64,000 nucleotides of DNA from Mobula hypostoma (taxonomy: Eukaryota): contig NC_086097.1 in assembly GCF_963921235.1 (NCBI RefSeq), positions 54,004,001 through 54,068,000 of the forward strand, read 5' to 3'. Shown one piece after another: positions 1 to 12,359 of this stretch. Position 1 is the first letter of the stretch. The number at the start of each line of letters is the position of its first letter. The translations under genes were made by a program, and so were the position numbers. The notes beneath the pieces are model-generated. The model saw only the letters and a list, made by a program, of their open reading frames with translations, was not told the origin of the DNA and did no database searches.

Positions 1-1289
1 AGCCATACAGAGTTGCATCATGTCCAATGAGAAAATGAATGATGTGGTCACACCACCAACATTAAAGGCGTGAACATACTCCATTTGAAGAACAAAGTTT
101 CAATCGCTCTTTGACGTTCAATCAACCCTCCAGAGAGCAACACGCTTATATTTTTAAGTGATACAATGTGGAAAAAAGGATACTTCAGCTTTTTGCTCAT
201 TACTTTCTAGCGGCATTATCCTCAGACTCCCTGAAGCTCCAAGAGGCAGGAAAATTATAAGTTAATTTGTCAGTGGAAGATATATTATCCAGATTGCCTA
301 CAAAAAGACAGTTACAGACTGACTGAAATGTTTGCAACTGCACATGGCTGCTGTTACACAGTAGATGGCCAACATACCTCAATTCCCACCCACCCTGCTC
401 TCTACCTTTTTTAAATGGATTTGCCATGATTTCTGTACTCAGATTAATATTGATTCTGAATTAAAACAATTATAAAATAATAAAAATTAAATTATTACTA
501 AAGTAATGCATCCATTCTGAAAAAAGTAAAATCTAGAGAACATGTTCTAAAAGTGTGAAAATGAAACTATGCAACTTGACCCATGGGCTTCTCCAAAATT
601 TTGCTTTCGTTTCCAATTTATAACAAAATGCTGCATTTCACTGCATGTGTAAATTGCTTATTCAGAGATCCCCTCCTTGAAGATATTCTGCTTCACCATG
701 TTCTAATTACATTTGTGTTTATTACTTACCCCATTTTCTGGCCCTTTTAATGTTTGATCTTACACTTAAGACCCATTCTCACAACTATATCTCCTTTCTA
801 GACTTGAGCTGGAATTTCTTTCACAGATTCCTGTTTAAGTTTCATCCTTCCTGCTTCATATCCACCCACCATCACCAATAATCTCTTTATTCTAAATATT
901 CCTCAAATCTTTGCTCTCATTCTTTCAAGAATTTTATGTCCCTCCAACTAAAATTTTCTTCATTTCTTTTTTGTTCTGTATAGGTTGCTTCTGAACCTCT
1001 TTGTCAAACCACGTTGCTCTTCCTTTCTGTCCTTGGATGGAGAGAGAACCTCCTTAACTTTACTGTAAATTTTCTTATCTATGAGCCTCCTTTTTGATTC
1101 ATCCCTTCCCATCCCTGAGATAAATAGCTTGACATCTATTAAATATCTCAGACTTCTATATTTCTTTGGCCCGGTTCAGATCTTAGAGGCATTTTTGTAA
1201 AATTATCACCCGCCAATCAAATTTCCACTTTCTACCTCAACAAGGACTTCACTTCTCTATGGTTGCTAGATCAGAACTTTTTAAATAAG

Positions 1290-1440
1290 TTTTTCCCTTC
1301 CCCCCAACCTTTTTATTCTAGCATCTTCCCTCTTCCTTCTCAGTCCTGATGAAGGGTCTCTGCCCAAAACATGGACTATTTATTCATTTCCATAGGTGCT
1401 ATCTGACCTGCTGAGTTGCTCCAGCATTGTGTTTTGTTTT
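1290..1440 (+). mobile_element. Penelope-like element 3' end (pLTR) fragment with degenerate hammerhead motif
   Basis: Pyrimidine-rich tract, then cagtcCTGATGAagggtctctgcccAAAACATGgacta and gacctgctgagttgctccagc. The same layout follows the GIY-YIG-like remnant at 63450-63560. Confidence 0.7.
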
Positions 1441-1537
1441 TACAAGTAAATCCAATTTTCCCATTTTTCTGCTCTCATGCCTTCTCCCTTACACAAGAAA
1501 TGAGGTATTTCTTCTCTGCAAAGACAGCATTGCTAGG

Positions 1538-1730
1538 ATGAGGAATTCCGCAGATGCTGGAAATTCAAGCAACACACATCAAAGTTGCTGGTGAACGCAG
1601 CAGGCCAGGCAGCATCTCTAGGAAGAGGTACAGTCGACATTTTGGGCCCAGACCCTTCGTCCCTGACAACTGTACCTCTTCCTAAAGATGCCGCCTGGCC
1701 TGCTGCGTTCACCAGCAACCTTGATGTGTG
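1538..1730. mobile_element. Short Penelope-derived insertion with 62-bp inverted arms
   Basis: Arms 1573-1634 and 1669-1730 are near-perfect reverse complements. 13-bp TSD cagcattgctagg at 1525-1537 and 1731-1743. Confidence 0.8.
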
Positions 1731-3529
1731 CAGCATTGCTAGGCTTCATATTCAACAGGTCATCATCCCTCATTGTCAATGTAGAGTCACAGAGCCAGAG
1801 TTATACAGGCTGAAAATAGATCATTCAGCCAACTCATTCATGGCAACCAAGGTGCCAGCTGACCCATCCTATCTGCCTTTCTTTTGGCCCATATCCTTCT
1901 AAATCACTCCAATCCCTATACCTATCTAAACATCTTTTCAACTTTGTCATTGTTCCTGCCTCTACCATTACCTGCAGCAACTTGTTCCATACACCCAGTC
2001 AGGTCCCCTGTAAACCTTGTTCTCACCTTAGATACAGGTCGTCTAGTTTTAAACTCTACACCAAGAGAAAGACTATCATGTACAATTTATCTTTGTTTCT
2101 CCTGATTTTCTAATCCTCTAAGGTCATCCCTTAACCTCCTTCATTCTGGAGAAAATAGCCTCATACTATCCAGAACCTTCTTATATTTCAAGCCTTCCAG
2201 TCCTGAAACATCCTTGTGAATATTTTCTGCAATCTCTCTAGCACAATACAATACACAAATTTTGGTGTCATCCACTAATTATTCCACCTATATGCTCACT
2301 TGGAAAAATAACCCTCCAAACCTTCCACTACTATCCTTGGACTCCTTCCACCAAGCCAATTTTGTATCCAAACAGCTGGCTCACCAAGGTCTCATATGAT
2401 CTTCCCTTTTGGACAAGCCTATTGTGTGGGATCTTAACAAATGCCATGTGGACAATGTCTACCACTCTGCTCTCATCAATTCTCTAGCTCACCTCTTCAA
2501 AGAAACTGAATCAAGTTCATGAGATTTCCCAAAGAACCATGCTGACTACCTCTCCTTACTTTCCAAATGCAGATAGATCTTGCCTCTCATGTAATTAATC
2601 ACACCTCTTTCAGCATTACCAAGGGTTTAATTTCACCATGACCTAATGGTTCACTCTTCCCTTTTCCCTGCCCTTCAAACCAGCCTATGCAAAGACATTG
2701 CCCATCTATTTTCTAACTGTCTAGTCCCCACTTACACTTGTTAGATTCTTACCACCATTGACATTCTAACAAGTACTGACCCAGGGGATAGCTACCAACA
2801 TCTTAGGAACTGGGATAGATGAGCAAATTGGTGCAATGAGTGAACATTTCAAAACTTGCCTTGGTGTCACACTGTACTGGTAGGCGTGCTCTACCTTCCT
2901 ACTGGCAAACTTTTTTTCTTCCACTGGATCACTGGAACCTACCCTATTAAGCTGATTTTAAAAGGAAATGGGCAAAACATTAAAGAACCATTTGTATTTT
3001 AGTCAACATGTTCAAGAAGACAAGGTGCAGGTTATGTTCTACAGCTGATGTTCAAGGTGGAGATGTGTTTAGTTTTTATTTTATTGGTCATTTTAATGTT
3101 ACGGGAAATTCCTGTCCATCCCTAATTGTCCTTGAATTGAGGGGGCAAGGGACAACCATGTTCAGGTGTCTGAAGCTATGTATGTACTGTACTTGACTTG
3201 GCAAGGATGAAAGATTTCTTTCCCTTACGAATATTAGTAAACTAAATAGGTTTCTACAAACACTTCATGCCAGAATGCCCTCCAGTTTACTTTGACCTAT
3301 AATCATAATGATGAAAAGGTTAGGGGTCATAAACTCAATTAGGGGTCAGATAAGACAACGTCAGAACAGTCTTGTTTCAACACACAAGACTGAAATGAGA
3401 ATGGACTATGTGACATCGTATCGAGTTTGAAATGGGGAGGAATATATTGAATTCATTTTTCACAAGATTACCAGACAAAACAAAAATAGCTTATTTAAGA
3501 CTGTGTGTAAAAAAAACCACAAGATATTT

Positions 3530-3650
3530 TGCAAATATTGGAAATCTTGAGGATTACACACGAAGTGCTGGAGGAACTTAGCAGGTCAGTCAGCATCTAT
3601 AAAGAGGAATAAATAGCCAATGTTTCAAGTCAAGAGCGTTCATCAGCTGT
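3530..3650 (-). mobile_element. Degraded Penelope-like pLTR fragment
   Basis: Minus strand reads CTGATGAacgctcttgacttGAAACATT followed by gacctgctaagttcctccagc. Confidence 0.6.
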
Positions 3651-5435
3651 ACAAAATAAGCAGTTTGATGGCATAGAATTACTGGAGTAGTAGAGGTGGA
3701 AGTGGGTAGTGTCAGTGTGTATGTGAATGCTGACCCCCAAAGCTACAGATAAAAGTACAAGAGCTTTTTGAGACTCTAAAGAGAGATCAAAGAACAGAAA
3801 CTGCTAGAGATCTGGGGATGATTTGAGAAGCAATTGAAAAAAGTCCCAATCATCTGTACAAAGGAAGTGGTATGAAAGGAAGCAGAGAACGTGCGGCAAA
3901 GTCAGAGAAGGTTAGAGTCTTTACAGTGTTGCCTTGGGGTAGAAAACTGAAGAGATTTTAGAATGGGCTTGTGGAAAATAGGGACAATAATTTTCATATG
4001 AAAAGAGAAAATTATCTATAAAATTAGTTTTCAATGGTAGAAGTGTGGTTGACTTTTGGGGAAGGTAGGTGACTGTTGGAGAGTTACCTGAGAATTGAAC
4101 GCTATTTTCTAAATCAAATACAATATTGAATAGGCATAATTTGTAAATAGGCAGCTTCCAAGGCTCATGTATGATAATTGCTGTTTAACGCTGTCTTGCC
4201 CTACATGATTTCTTTCCCACTTCAATAGAAAAGGTTAATTAAGACTCTAGAACAGGCTATTGCTTTGTATCATTCATTTTGTATTCTTCACCAAGGAAAT
4301 TTTCTTCCCCCTTCACAGCTTTATAAAGCCACAATATAATCAAGTGACTGGGTAATGGTGGGGCGGGGGGGGGGGGGGAGCTCCCTCTCAAATATGGTTT
4401 CTTCATTGAAGGTAAAGAAAACCATCAAGAATGAACTTAAAAACTAAATACTCAAGGCTGGTATTTCTCAACAAAAGGTCTGTGTATCAGTGTTAATTTG
4501 CAGGAGCATTTTCTTTTCTTCAGACTAAATAAACCATAAATATATAAATAATGGCAGAGATTTCTGAGTAGAGTGGAATTTCACAACAGCTCATCTAGAT
4601 TCTGATCCACTGCAGCCCTCTCTGGAGCACAGGGGGGCATACCCAGTGAGCAGCTAACTGTCATCATCGTTACTGCAACATTCCACCTCAATACCAGGCT
4701 CATTGAGAGCCCTTAATTCAACAATGATTGGGAAGCCCAAAGATGTATCTCCCTATCTGTTTGCATGAAGTGTTCATCAAATAAGCCTGCTGTCATGATG
4801 GGAGCCCTTTCCTTGAAGTGGACATTATTTCTTTTCTTTTTTAAAAAGTTAATTGGGTAAAAGAATAATAACTGTATGATCATTAGTTTAAAAATAACAT
4901 TTTGCAACATCAAGCCAACTTATTTTTTTTAGCCTGGTGCTGAATAAACCTTGTATCATTATGGGTGCTGGAATAAATTGGGACCACTCCACAGAAAATG
5001 CACAATTTTTCCCTTTGGAGATGGGTGCAGTGTTAAAGATCATTGTGATAAATAACTGCATTACTTGGCTTGGGAGAAACAAAATTAAGTTCTGTGCTTA
5101 GAGGCAGCAGCTCACGTCCACCCTGCCAGATAACATTTTTATTGATTGGCATCTGTGGCAACTACATGAATTTATTTGAGGACTGTAATGACAACAGTGT
5201 GCCAGAACAAGGAGGACAAATTATCCAGCTCATTTGTGTCTAAATTCAAATTATTCATGGTGCTGAGAATACATGAAAATACAACCATGATAAATGACTC
5301 TTTTATTACCTTTCTTTTGATAAACAGTGATGTACATCAAACATGGATATCCTTGGAGGTACCTTCATCTCTTTGGGAATGCTAAAGTCCCATCAAGAAG
5401 TAAAATAGAACATAGAACAGTACAGTACAAGCCCT

Positions 5436-7237
5436 TGAAGACAGAAGCCCATGGGCCCTTGAAGACAGAAGCGGGTGAATTTATAATGGGGAACAAGGAA
5501 ATGGCAGACGAGTTGAACAGGTACTTTGGATCTGTCTTCACTAGGGAAGACACAAACAATCTCCCAGATGTAATAGTGGCCAAAAGACCTAGGGTAATGG
5601 ATGAACTGAAGGAAATTTATATTAGGCAGGAAATAGTGTTGGATAGGCTGTTGGGTCTGAAGGCTGATAAGTCCCCGGGACCTGATGGTCTGCATCCCAG
5701 GGTACTTAAGGGGGTGGCTTTAGAAATCGTGGATGCATTGGTAATCATTTTCCAATGTTCTATAGATTCAGGATCAGTTCCTGTGGATTGGAGGGTGGCT
5801 AATGTTGTCCCTCTCTTCAAGAAGGGAGGAAGAGAGAAAACAGGGAATTATAGACCGGTTAGCCTGACGTCGGTGGTGGGAAAGTTGCTGGAGTCAATTG
5901 TAAAAGATGAAATTATGACACATCTGGATAGTAGTAACAGGATTGGTCAGAGTCAGCATGGATTTACAAAGGGGAAATCGTGCTTGACTAATCTGGAATT
6001 TTTTGAGGATGTAACTCTGAAAATGGACAAGGGAGAGCCAGTGGATGTAGTGTACCTGGACTTTCAGAAAGCCTTTGATAAAGTCCCACATAGGAGATTA
6101 GTGGGCAAAATTAGGGCACATGGTATTGGGGGCAGAGTACTGACATGGATTGAAAATTGGCTGGCTGACAGAAAACAAACAGTAGTGATTAACGGGTCCC
6201 TTTCGGAATGGCAGGCAGTGACCAGTGGGGTACCGCAGGGTTCAGTGCTGGGACCACAGCTGTTTACGATATATATTAATGATTTAGATGAGGGAATTAA
6301 AAGTAACATTAGCAAATTCGCTGATGACACAAAGCTGGGAGGCAGTGTGAAATGTGAGGAGGGTGTTATGAGAATGCAGGGTGACTTGGACAGGTTGGGT
6401 GAGTGGGCAGATGCATGGCAGATGCAATTTAATGTGGATAAATGTGAGGTTATCCACTTTGGTGGTAAGAATGGGAGGGCAGATTATTATCTAAATGGAG
6501 TCAAGTTAGGAAAAGGGGAAACACAACGAGATCTAGGTGTTCTTGTACATCAGTCACTGAAAGCAAGCATACAAGTACAGCAGGCAGTGAAAAAAGCTAA
6601 TGGCATGCTGGCCTTCATAACAAGGGGAATTGAGTACAAGAGCAAAGAGGTCCTTCTGCAGCTGTACAGGGCCCTGGTAAGGCCACACCTGGAGTACTGT
6701 GTGCAGTTTTGGTCTCCAAATTTGAGGAAGGACATTCTTGCTATTGAGAGAGTGCAGCATAGGTTCACAAGGTTAATTCCCAGGATGGCGGGACTGTCAT
6801 ATGTCGAAAGATTGGAGCGACTGGGCTTGTATACTCTGGAATTTAGAAGGCTGAGAGGGGATCTTATTGAAACACATAAGATTATTAAGGGATTGGACAC
6901 GCTGCAAGCAGGAAGCATGTTCCCGTTGTTGGGTAAGTCTAGAACCAGAGGCCACAGTTTAAGAATTAGGGGTAGGCCATTTAGAACAGAGTTGAGGTAA
7001 AACTTTTTCACCCAGAGAGTGGTGGATATATGGAATGCTCTGCCCCAGAAGGCAGTGGAGGCCAAGTCTCTGGATGCTTTCAAGAAAGAGATGGATAGAG
7101 CTCTTAAAGATAGCGGAATCAAAGGTTATGGGGATAAGGCAGGAACTGGATACTGATTGTGGATGATCAGCCATGATCACAGTGAATGGCGGTGCTGGCT
7201 CGAAGGGCCGAATGACCTACTCCTGCACCTATTGTCT
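5436..7237 (+). mobile_element. 5'-truncated CR1 LINE (ORF2 RT to 3' UTR) inserted into an older antisense CR1 tail
   Basis: RT motifs SPGPDG, NYRPVSLTS, YLDFQKAFDKVPH, GVPQGSVLGP, KFADD; 3' UTR gaagggccgaatgacctactcctg. 7-bp TSD aagccct at 5429-5435 and 7238-7244. Confidence 0.92.
5453..7156 (+). pseudogene. CR1 ORF2 reverse transcriptase, lacking the endonuclease, with one premature stop at 6998-7000
   Basis: ORF 5327..7000. The frame continues past the TAA as NFFTQRVVDIWNALP...GTGY to TGA at 7154-7156. Confidence 0.9.
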
Positions 7238-7244
7238 AAGCCCT

Positions 7245-8020
7245 GCAGCCCATAACATTGTGCCAACATTTTAACCTTCCATCAGATCAATCTAAGCCTT
7301 CCCTCCTACATAATCCTCATCCATGTGCTTATCTAAGAGTTTCTTAAATCCTCCTAATGAATCTGACATCTGACTCTACTACTCCTCCACCACATTCCCT
7401 CTCCCCCCACCCCCCCCCCCCAGGAAGGCAATCCATGGACCCACCACCACTCTCTGTGTAAGGAACTTATTTCTGAAATCCTCCACATCTAAAAATAAAA
7501 TTATGAGGGGTATAGATAGAGTAAGTGCAAACAGGCTTTTACCTCTGCAGTTGGGTGGGACTGCAACCAGGGTCATGGGTTAAGGGTGAAAGACGACAAA
7601 TTTAAGGGGAACACGAGGGGAAAAACTTCTTTACTCAGGGTTGCGAGTGTGGAATGGTGCATGCAAGCTCGGTTTCAATGTTTAGGAGACGTTTGGAAAG
7701 GAACATAGATTGTAAGGGTATGGAGGGCCATGTTTCAGGTGCAGGTTGATGAGAGTAGGTAGTTTAAATGGATTTAGCATGGACTGGATGGGACAAAGGG
7801 CTTGTTTCTGTGCTGTACCTCTCCATATTCTTGGACTCTTGCCTATTTATTCCTATTTCTGCCCTGGGAAAAATGCCTCATCTTGTACATCACTATCAAA
7901 TCACCTCTCATCCTCCTTCACTCCAAAGAGGCAAGCCCTAGCTCACTCAATCTAATTTCATAAGACATCTCCTCTGGTCCTAGGAACATCTTGGTAAATC
8001 TCCTCTGTATCCTCTCAAAA
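7245..8020. mobile_element. Older CR1 3' fragments in mixed orientation (minus, plus, minus)
   Basis: Antisense CR1 tail (ccaccactctctgtgtaagg) interrupted by a sense piece (gagggtatagatagagt...ggactggatgggacaaaggg). Confidence 0.65.
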
Positions 8021-8159
8021 GTTTCCAAAATAATTTTATACATTTCATGAAGTTATCTGAGCACTATCAACATCAAAATCCAAAATTTAATCAGCTGCTA
8101 GAGAAAATAATTCTGAATCTCAAAAGTAATTTCAAAACTGCATACTCAATAGCTCAAAT

Positions 8160-8890
8160 GGTCATTTAAAGTCAGATGTATCACTACCACAGTGGAGTAA
8201 AGGGAACTACAGAGTCTTGAGAGAGGAGTTGTCCAGAATTGATTGGAAAAGAAAACTGGCAGGGATGATGGCAGAGCAGCAATGACCGGAATTTCTGGAA
8301 GAAGTTTGGAAGGCACGGGATAGATACATCCCAAAGAAGTAGTATTCTAAAGGAAAGATGACACAACCGTGGCTAACAAGAGAAGTCGAAGCCAGCATAA
8401 AAACCAAAGAGAGGGCATATAATAGAGCAAAAATTAATGGAAAGTTAGAGGATTGGGAAGATTTTAAAAGGCAGCAAAGAAAATCATTAAGGTAAAGATG
8501 GAATACGAAAATATGTATTTACGCATAAAAAATGTAGGCGAGCCAATAATATTAAAGAGGATACCAAATGTTTCTTCAGATACGTAAAGTGTAAAGAGAG
8601 GCAAGAGTGGATACCAGACCACTAGAAAATGATGCTGGAAAGGTAGTAATGGGGGAAACAAAATGGTGGATGAACTGAATTAAGTATTTTGCATCAGTCT
8701 TCACTGTGGAAGACACTAGCAGTATGCTGAAAGTTCCAGGTGTCAGGGGTCATGAAGTGTGTGAAGGTACCATAAATAGAGAGAAGGTACTTAGGAAACT
8801 GAAAGGTCTGAAGGTAGATAAGTCACCTGGACCAGATGGTGTGCACCCCCAGAGTTCTGAAAGAAGTGGCTGAAGAGACTATGGAAGAAT
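8160..8890 (+). mobile_element. Degraded internal CR1 ORF2 fragment (between EN and RT)
   Basis: Frameshifted motifs QPWLT, YFASVFT, DKSPGPDG. Confidence 0.75.
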
Positions 8891-10420
8891 GCCTTGTAAT
8901 CAATGATAACATCCTTTACTATGAACAACATCTCCTATTCTTGTGTCATCTGCAAATTTACTAATCAAGACTTGAGCATTCACATCCAATTTTTGAGTAT
9001 AAATAACAAATATGACGTGTCCCATTCATTGACCTCTGCAGCAAAACACGAGTTACTGGTCTCCTTTTCAAGAATTAATCTTCAATCACCACCCTCTGCT
9101 ACCAAACTCCAAGCCAAATATTTTATGAAATGTTAGCATATATCACAACATTGGCTACAGCATTTTCCTATCTACAAATCTGAAGAGGTCTTCAAACAAT
9201 GAGATAAAATGAGTATGACATTGGCTTCAAGTTGATGCTTATCTGTTAATCGTTAGTCAAACATCTACAATAGCAAGAAAAAGTTTGTGAACCCTTTACA
9301 ATTACCTGGTTTTCTGCAATAATTATCCATAACACATGGTCTGACCTTCATCTAAGTCACAAAAATATACAAACTAGTAACACACAAACAATTGTACTAC
9401 TTCTCGTCATTACTGAGGACACCATTTAAGTAATCACAGTCTAGCTTCAAAAAAGTATATGAACCTCTGGAGTAATGCCTTCAAGAAAAGCAATTTGGAG
9501 TCAGGTGTTCCAACCAACGATCTGAAATTGGAGGTATCGGTTGGAGAGGTGCCCTGCCCTTTTTAAAAAAAATAGACACACAAAGTCAGATATTGACAGA
9601 GTCTGCACTTCTCAAGAAAGGTCTCTTTATGTGCACCTCGCCTCGATCAAAACAACTTTCAGAGGACCTTTGAAGAAGAATTGGAGATGCATGAAGCTGG
9701 GAAAAGGCTACATTTTCCATTTCTAAAGCAGTTCTCATCAGTCCACAGCAAGATAATTTGTCTACAAATGGAGGAAATTCAGTTCTGTTGCTGCTGTCCC
9801 TAGGAGTGGGCATCCTGCAAATATCACACCAAGAGCACAATGTGGAAAGCTGAAGGAGGTGAAAAATCCAAGAGTAACAGCAGAAGACCTGCAGAAATCT
9901 CTGTAACTTATGTGTCCACTGCAAGAAAAGCACTGAACAAGAATGATGTTCATGGAAGGACAGCATGAAGAAACCACTGCCCTCCAAAAACAAAACATTG
10001 CTAGACATCTCAAGTTAGCAGACTACCTGGATTTCCACAACACTTCTGGGACAATATTCTGTGGATAGATGAGACAGAAGTTGAACTTTTGGGCAGAAAT
10101 GCACACTACTATGTCTGGAGGGAAAAGGGCTCTGTACATCAGCACCAAAACCTTTCTCCAACAGTGAAGCATGGTGGAAGGAGCATCATGGCTTGAGGCT
10201 GCTTAGCTGTCTCAGGGCCTGGACAGCTTGCAATCATTGAGAGAACAATGAAATCAAAATTGTATCAGGACATCGTACAGGGTAACAGTCCATCACCCGA
10301 AGGTTAATAAAAGATGGATAATGCTACAAGACAATGATCAAAAACACAAAAGTAAATCAACAGAATGGTTTCGAAAGAACATTTGTGTTTTGGAGTGGCC
10401 AAGTCAGAGCCCAGACCTTA

Positions 10421-11516
10421 AATAACATCTCCTCCTTGCTGATGAGCAACACTGGTGCACCTCAGGGGTATGTGCTTAGCCCACTGCTCTACTCTCTTTA
10501 TACCCATGACTGTGTAGCTACACATAGCTCAAATACCATCTATAAATCTGCTGATACAACCACTGTTGGTAGAATCTCAGATGGAGGAATCTAAGGTGGG
10601 GGCTTATATGGGAGGCAGGGTTTGAGGGTCGGCACAACATTGTGGGCTGAAGGTCCTTACTGTGCTGTACTATTCTATGTTCTATGTGACGAGAGGGCGC
10701 ACAGAAGCAAGATATGCCAACTAGTGGAGTGATGTCGCAGCAACAACCTTGCACTCAATGTCAGTAAGACAAAAGAGCTGATTGTGGACTTCAGGAAGGG
10801 CAAGACAAAGGAACACGTACCAATCCTCAGAGGGATCAGAAGTGGAGAGAGTGAGCAGTTTCAAGTTCCTGGGTGTCAAGATCTCTGAGGACCTAACCTG
10901 GTCCCAGCGTATCGATGCAGTTATAAAGAAGGCAAGACAGAGACTATACTTCATTAAGATTTTGAAGCAATTTTGTATGTCAACAAATGCACTCAAAAAC
11001 CTCTATAGATATACTGTGGAGAGCATTCTAACAGGCTGTATCACTGTGTGGTACGAAGGGGCTACTGCAGAGGGTTGTAAATGTAGTCAGCTCTATCTTG
11101 GGTACCAGCCTACAAAGTACCCAGGACATCTTCAAGGAGCAGTGTCTCAGAAAGGCAGCGCCCATTATTAAGGACCTCCAGCACCCAGTGCGTGCCCTTT
11201 TCTCACTGTTACCATCAGGCAGGAGATACAGAAGCCTGAAGGCACATACTCAGCGATTCAGGAACAGCTTCTTCCCGTCTGCCATCCGGTTCCTAAATGG
11301 ACATTGAACCCATGTACACTACCTCACTTTTTTTAATATAAAAAAATTTCTGGCTTTTTGCACAATTTTTAATCTATTCAATATACATATACTGTAACTG
11401 ATTTACTTATTTAATTATCTTATTATTTTTCTCTTCTATATTATATATTGCATTGAACTGCTGCTAAGTTAACAAATTTAACGACACATGCCAGTAATAA
11501 CAAACCGATTCTGATT
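10421..11516 (+). mobile_element. 5'-truncated Rex1/Babar-type non-LTR retrotransposon
   Basis: GAPQGYVLSPLLYSLYTHDC, FKFLGV, KKARQRLYF, NSFFPSAIR; gattctgatt tail. Confidence 0.85.
10585..10686 (+). mobile_element. ~100-bp CR1 3' tail inserted in the Rex1 element
   Basis: Near identical to 30005-30118, including the (ttctatg)n tail. Confidence 0.85.
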
Positions 11517-12359
11517 ACCCAATTGAGATGCTGTGGCATGACCTGAAGGCTATTAATGCAAAATATCCCAGAAATACTGATAAAATGAAACAGTTTTGTA
11601 TGGAGGGATAGTCTAAAATTCCTCCAAGCTGACTTGCAAGACTGATTAACAGTTACCAGAAACATTTGGTTGAAGTTACTGCTTTACAAGGAGGTCACAC
11701 CAGTTACTGAAAGCAAAGGTTCACATACTTTTTCCAACAAATACATATAATATTGGATCATTTTTCTCAATAATTAGTACAATGTTTTTGTGTTATTTAT
11801 GTAATTCGGTTCTCTTTATCCAATTTTATGACTTGTGTGAAGATCTGATCACATTTTAGGTCATCTTTATGCAGAAATAGAGAAAATTCTACAGGGTTTA
11901 CAAACGTTCTAGCATCACTGTATTTTGCAATTGATGTTTCAACATCAAGACGGTGCTGCCTGATAATCCCTGAGCTATAGCTTTGACAGATTTATTTCAA
12001 TAAAAGAATCAAATGACTCAGATCCTGAAATTTTTTTACTACAAGACAAAAAGTAGGAATGTTAGAAATACTCAGCAGGTCTGGCAACATATGTGAAAGA
12101 GAAACAGATTAAGTGCTTCAGGTTCAAAACCTTTTGTCCATCAGATGATCTAGAATATTACAAACCTCTTGTATTACAAGCCTTCTGTATTCCAGGGTTA
12201 CTCTACTTTATGCAATCTTTCCTCCTAATCCAACACTAAACCCTAATAATCTTCTCTTGAACCAACTCTGCTTCTTCCAGGATCAAAATATCAAACGTAA
12301 GGAGCAGTGACCATATCCTATACATTGTAAGCCAGATGTGATCAAGTTTTGTCTTACTA

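Larger units (their letters stand above)
9268..11920 (+). mobile_element. Tc1-like DNA transposon with decayed transposase, interrupted by a Rex1/Babar insertion
   Basis: TA on both sides; imperfect TIRs (caatagcaagaaaaagtttgtgaaccct vs the reverse complement of the right end cagtgatgctagaacgtttgtaaaccct). Motifs [31 protein letters not shown]...PIEMLW. Confidence 0.85.

Noticed and set aside
1533..1902. Two opposite-strand ORFs with nearly the same peptide
   Set aside because: Artefact of the 62-bp inverted repeat.
4358..4378. G-run as a functional G-quadruplex (similar runs near 7404-7421 and 13839)
   Set aside because: Simple homopolymer tracts with no supporting context.
5327..5452. N-terminal extension of the 557-aa RT ORF
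   Set aside because: Chance open frame through flanking DNA and an antisense CR1 tail, upstream of the insertion junction.
5365..7180. Multiple antisense ORFs (also across 27589-29452)
   Set aside because: Shadow frames of CR1 ORF2 with no independent protein motifs.
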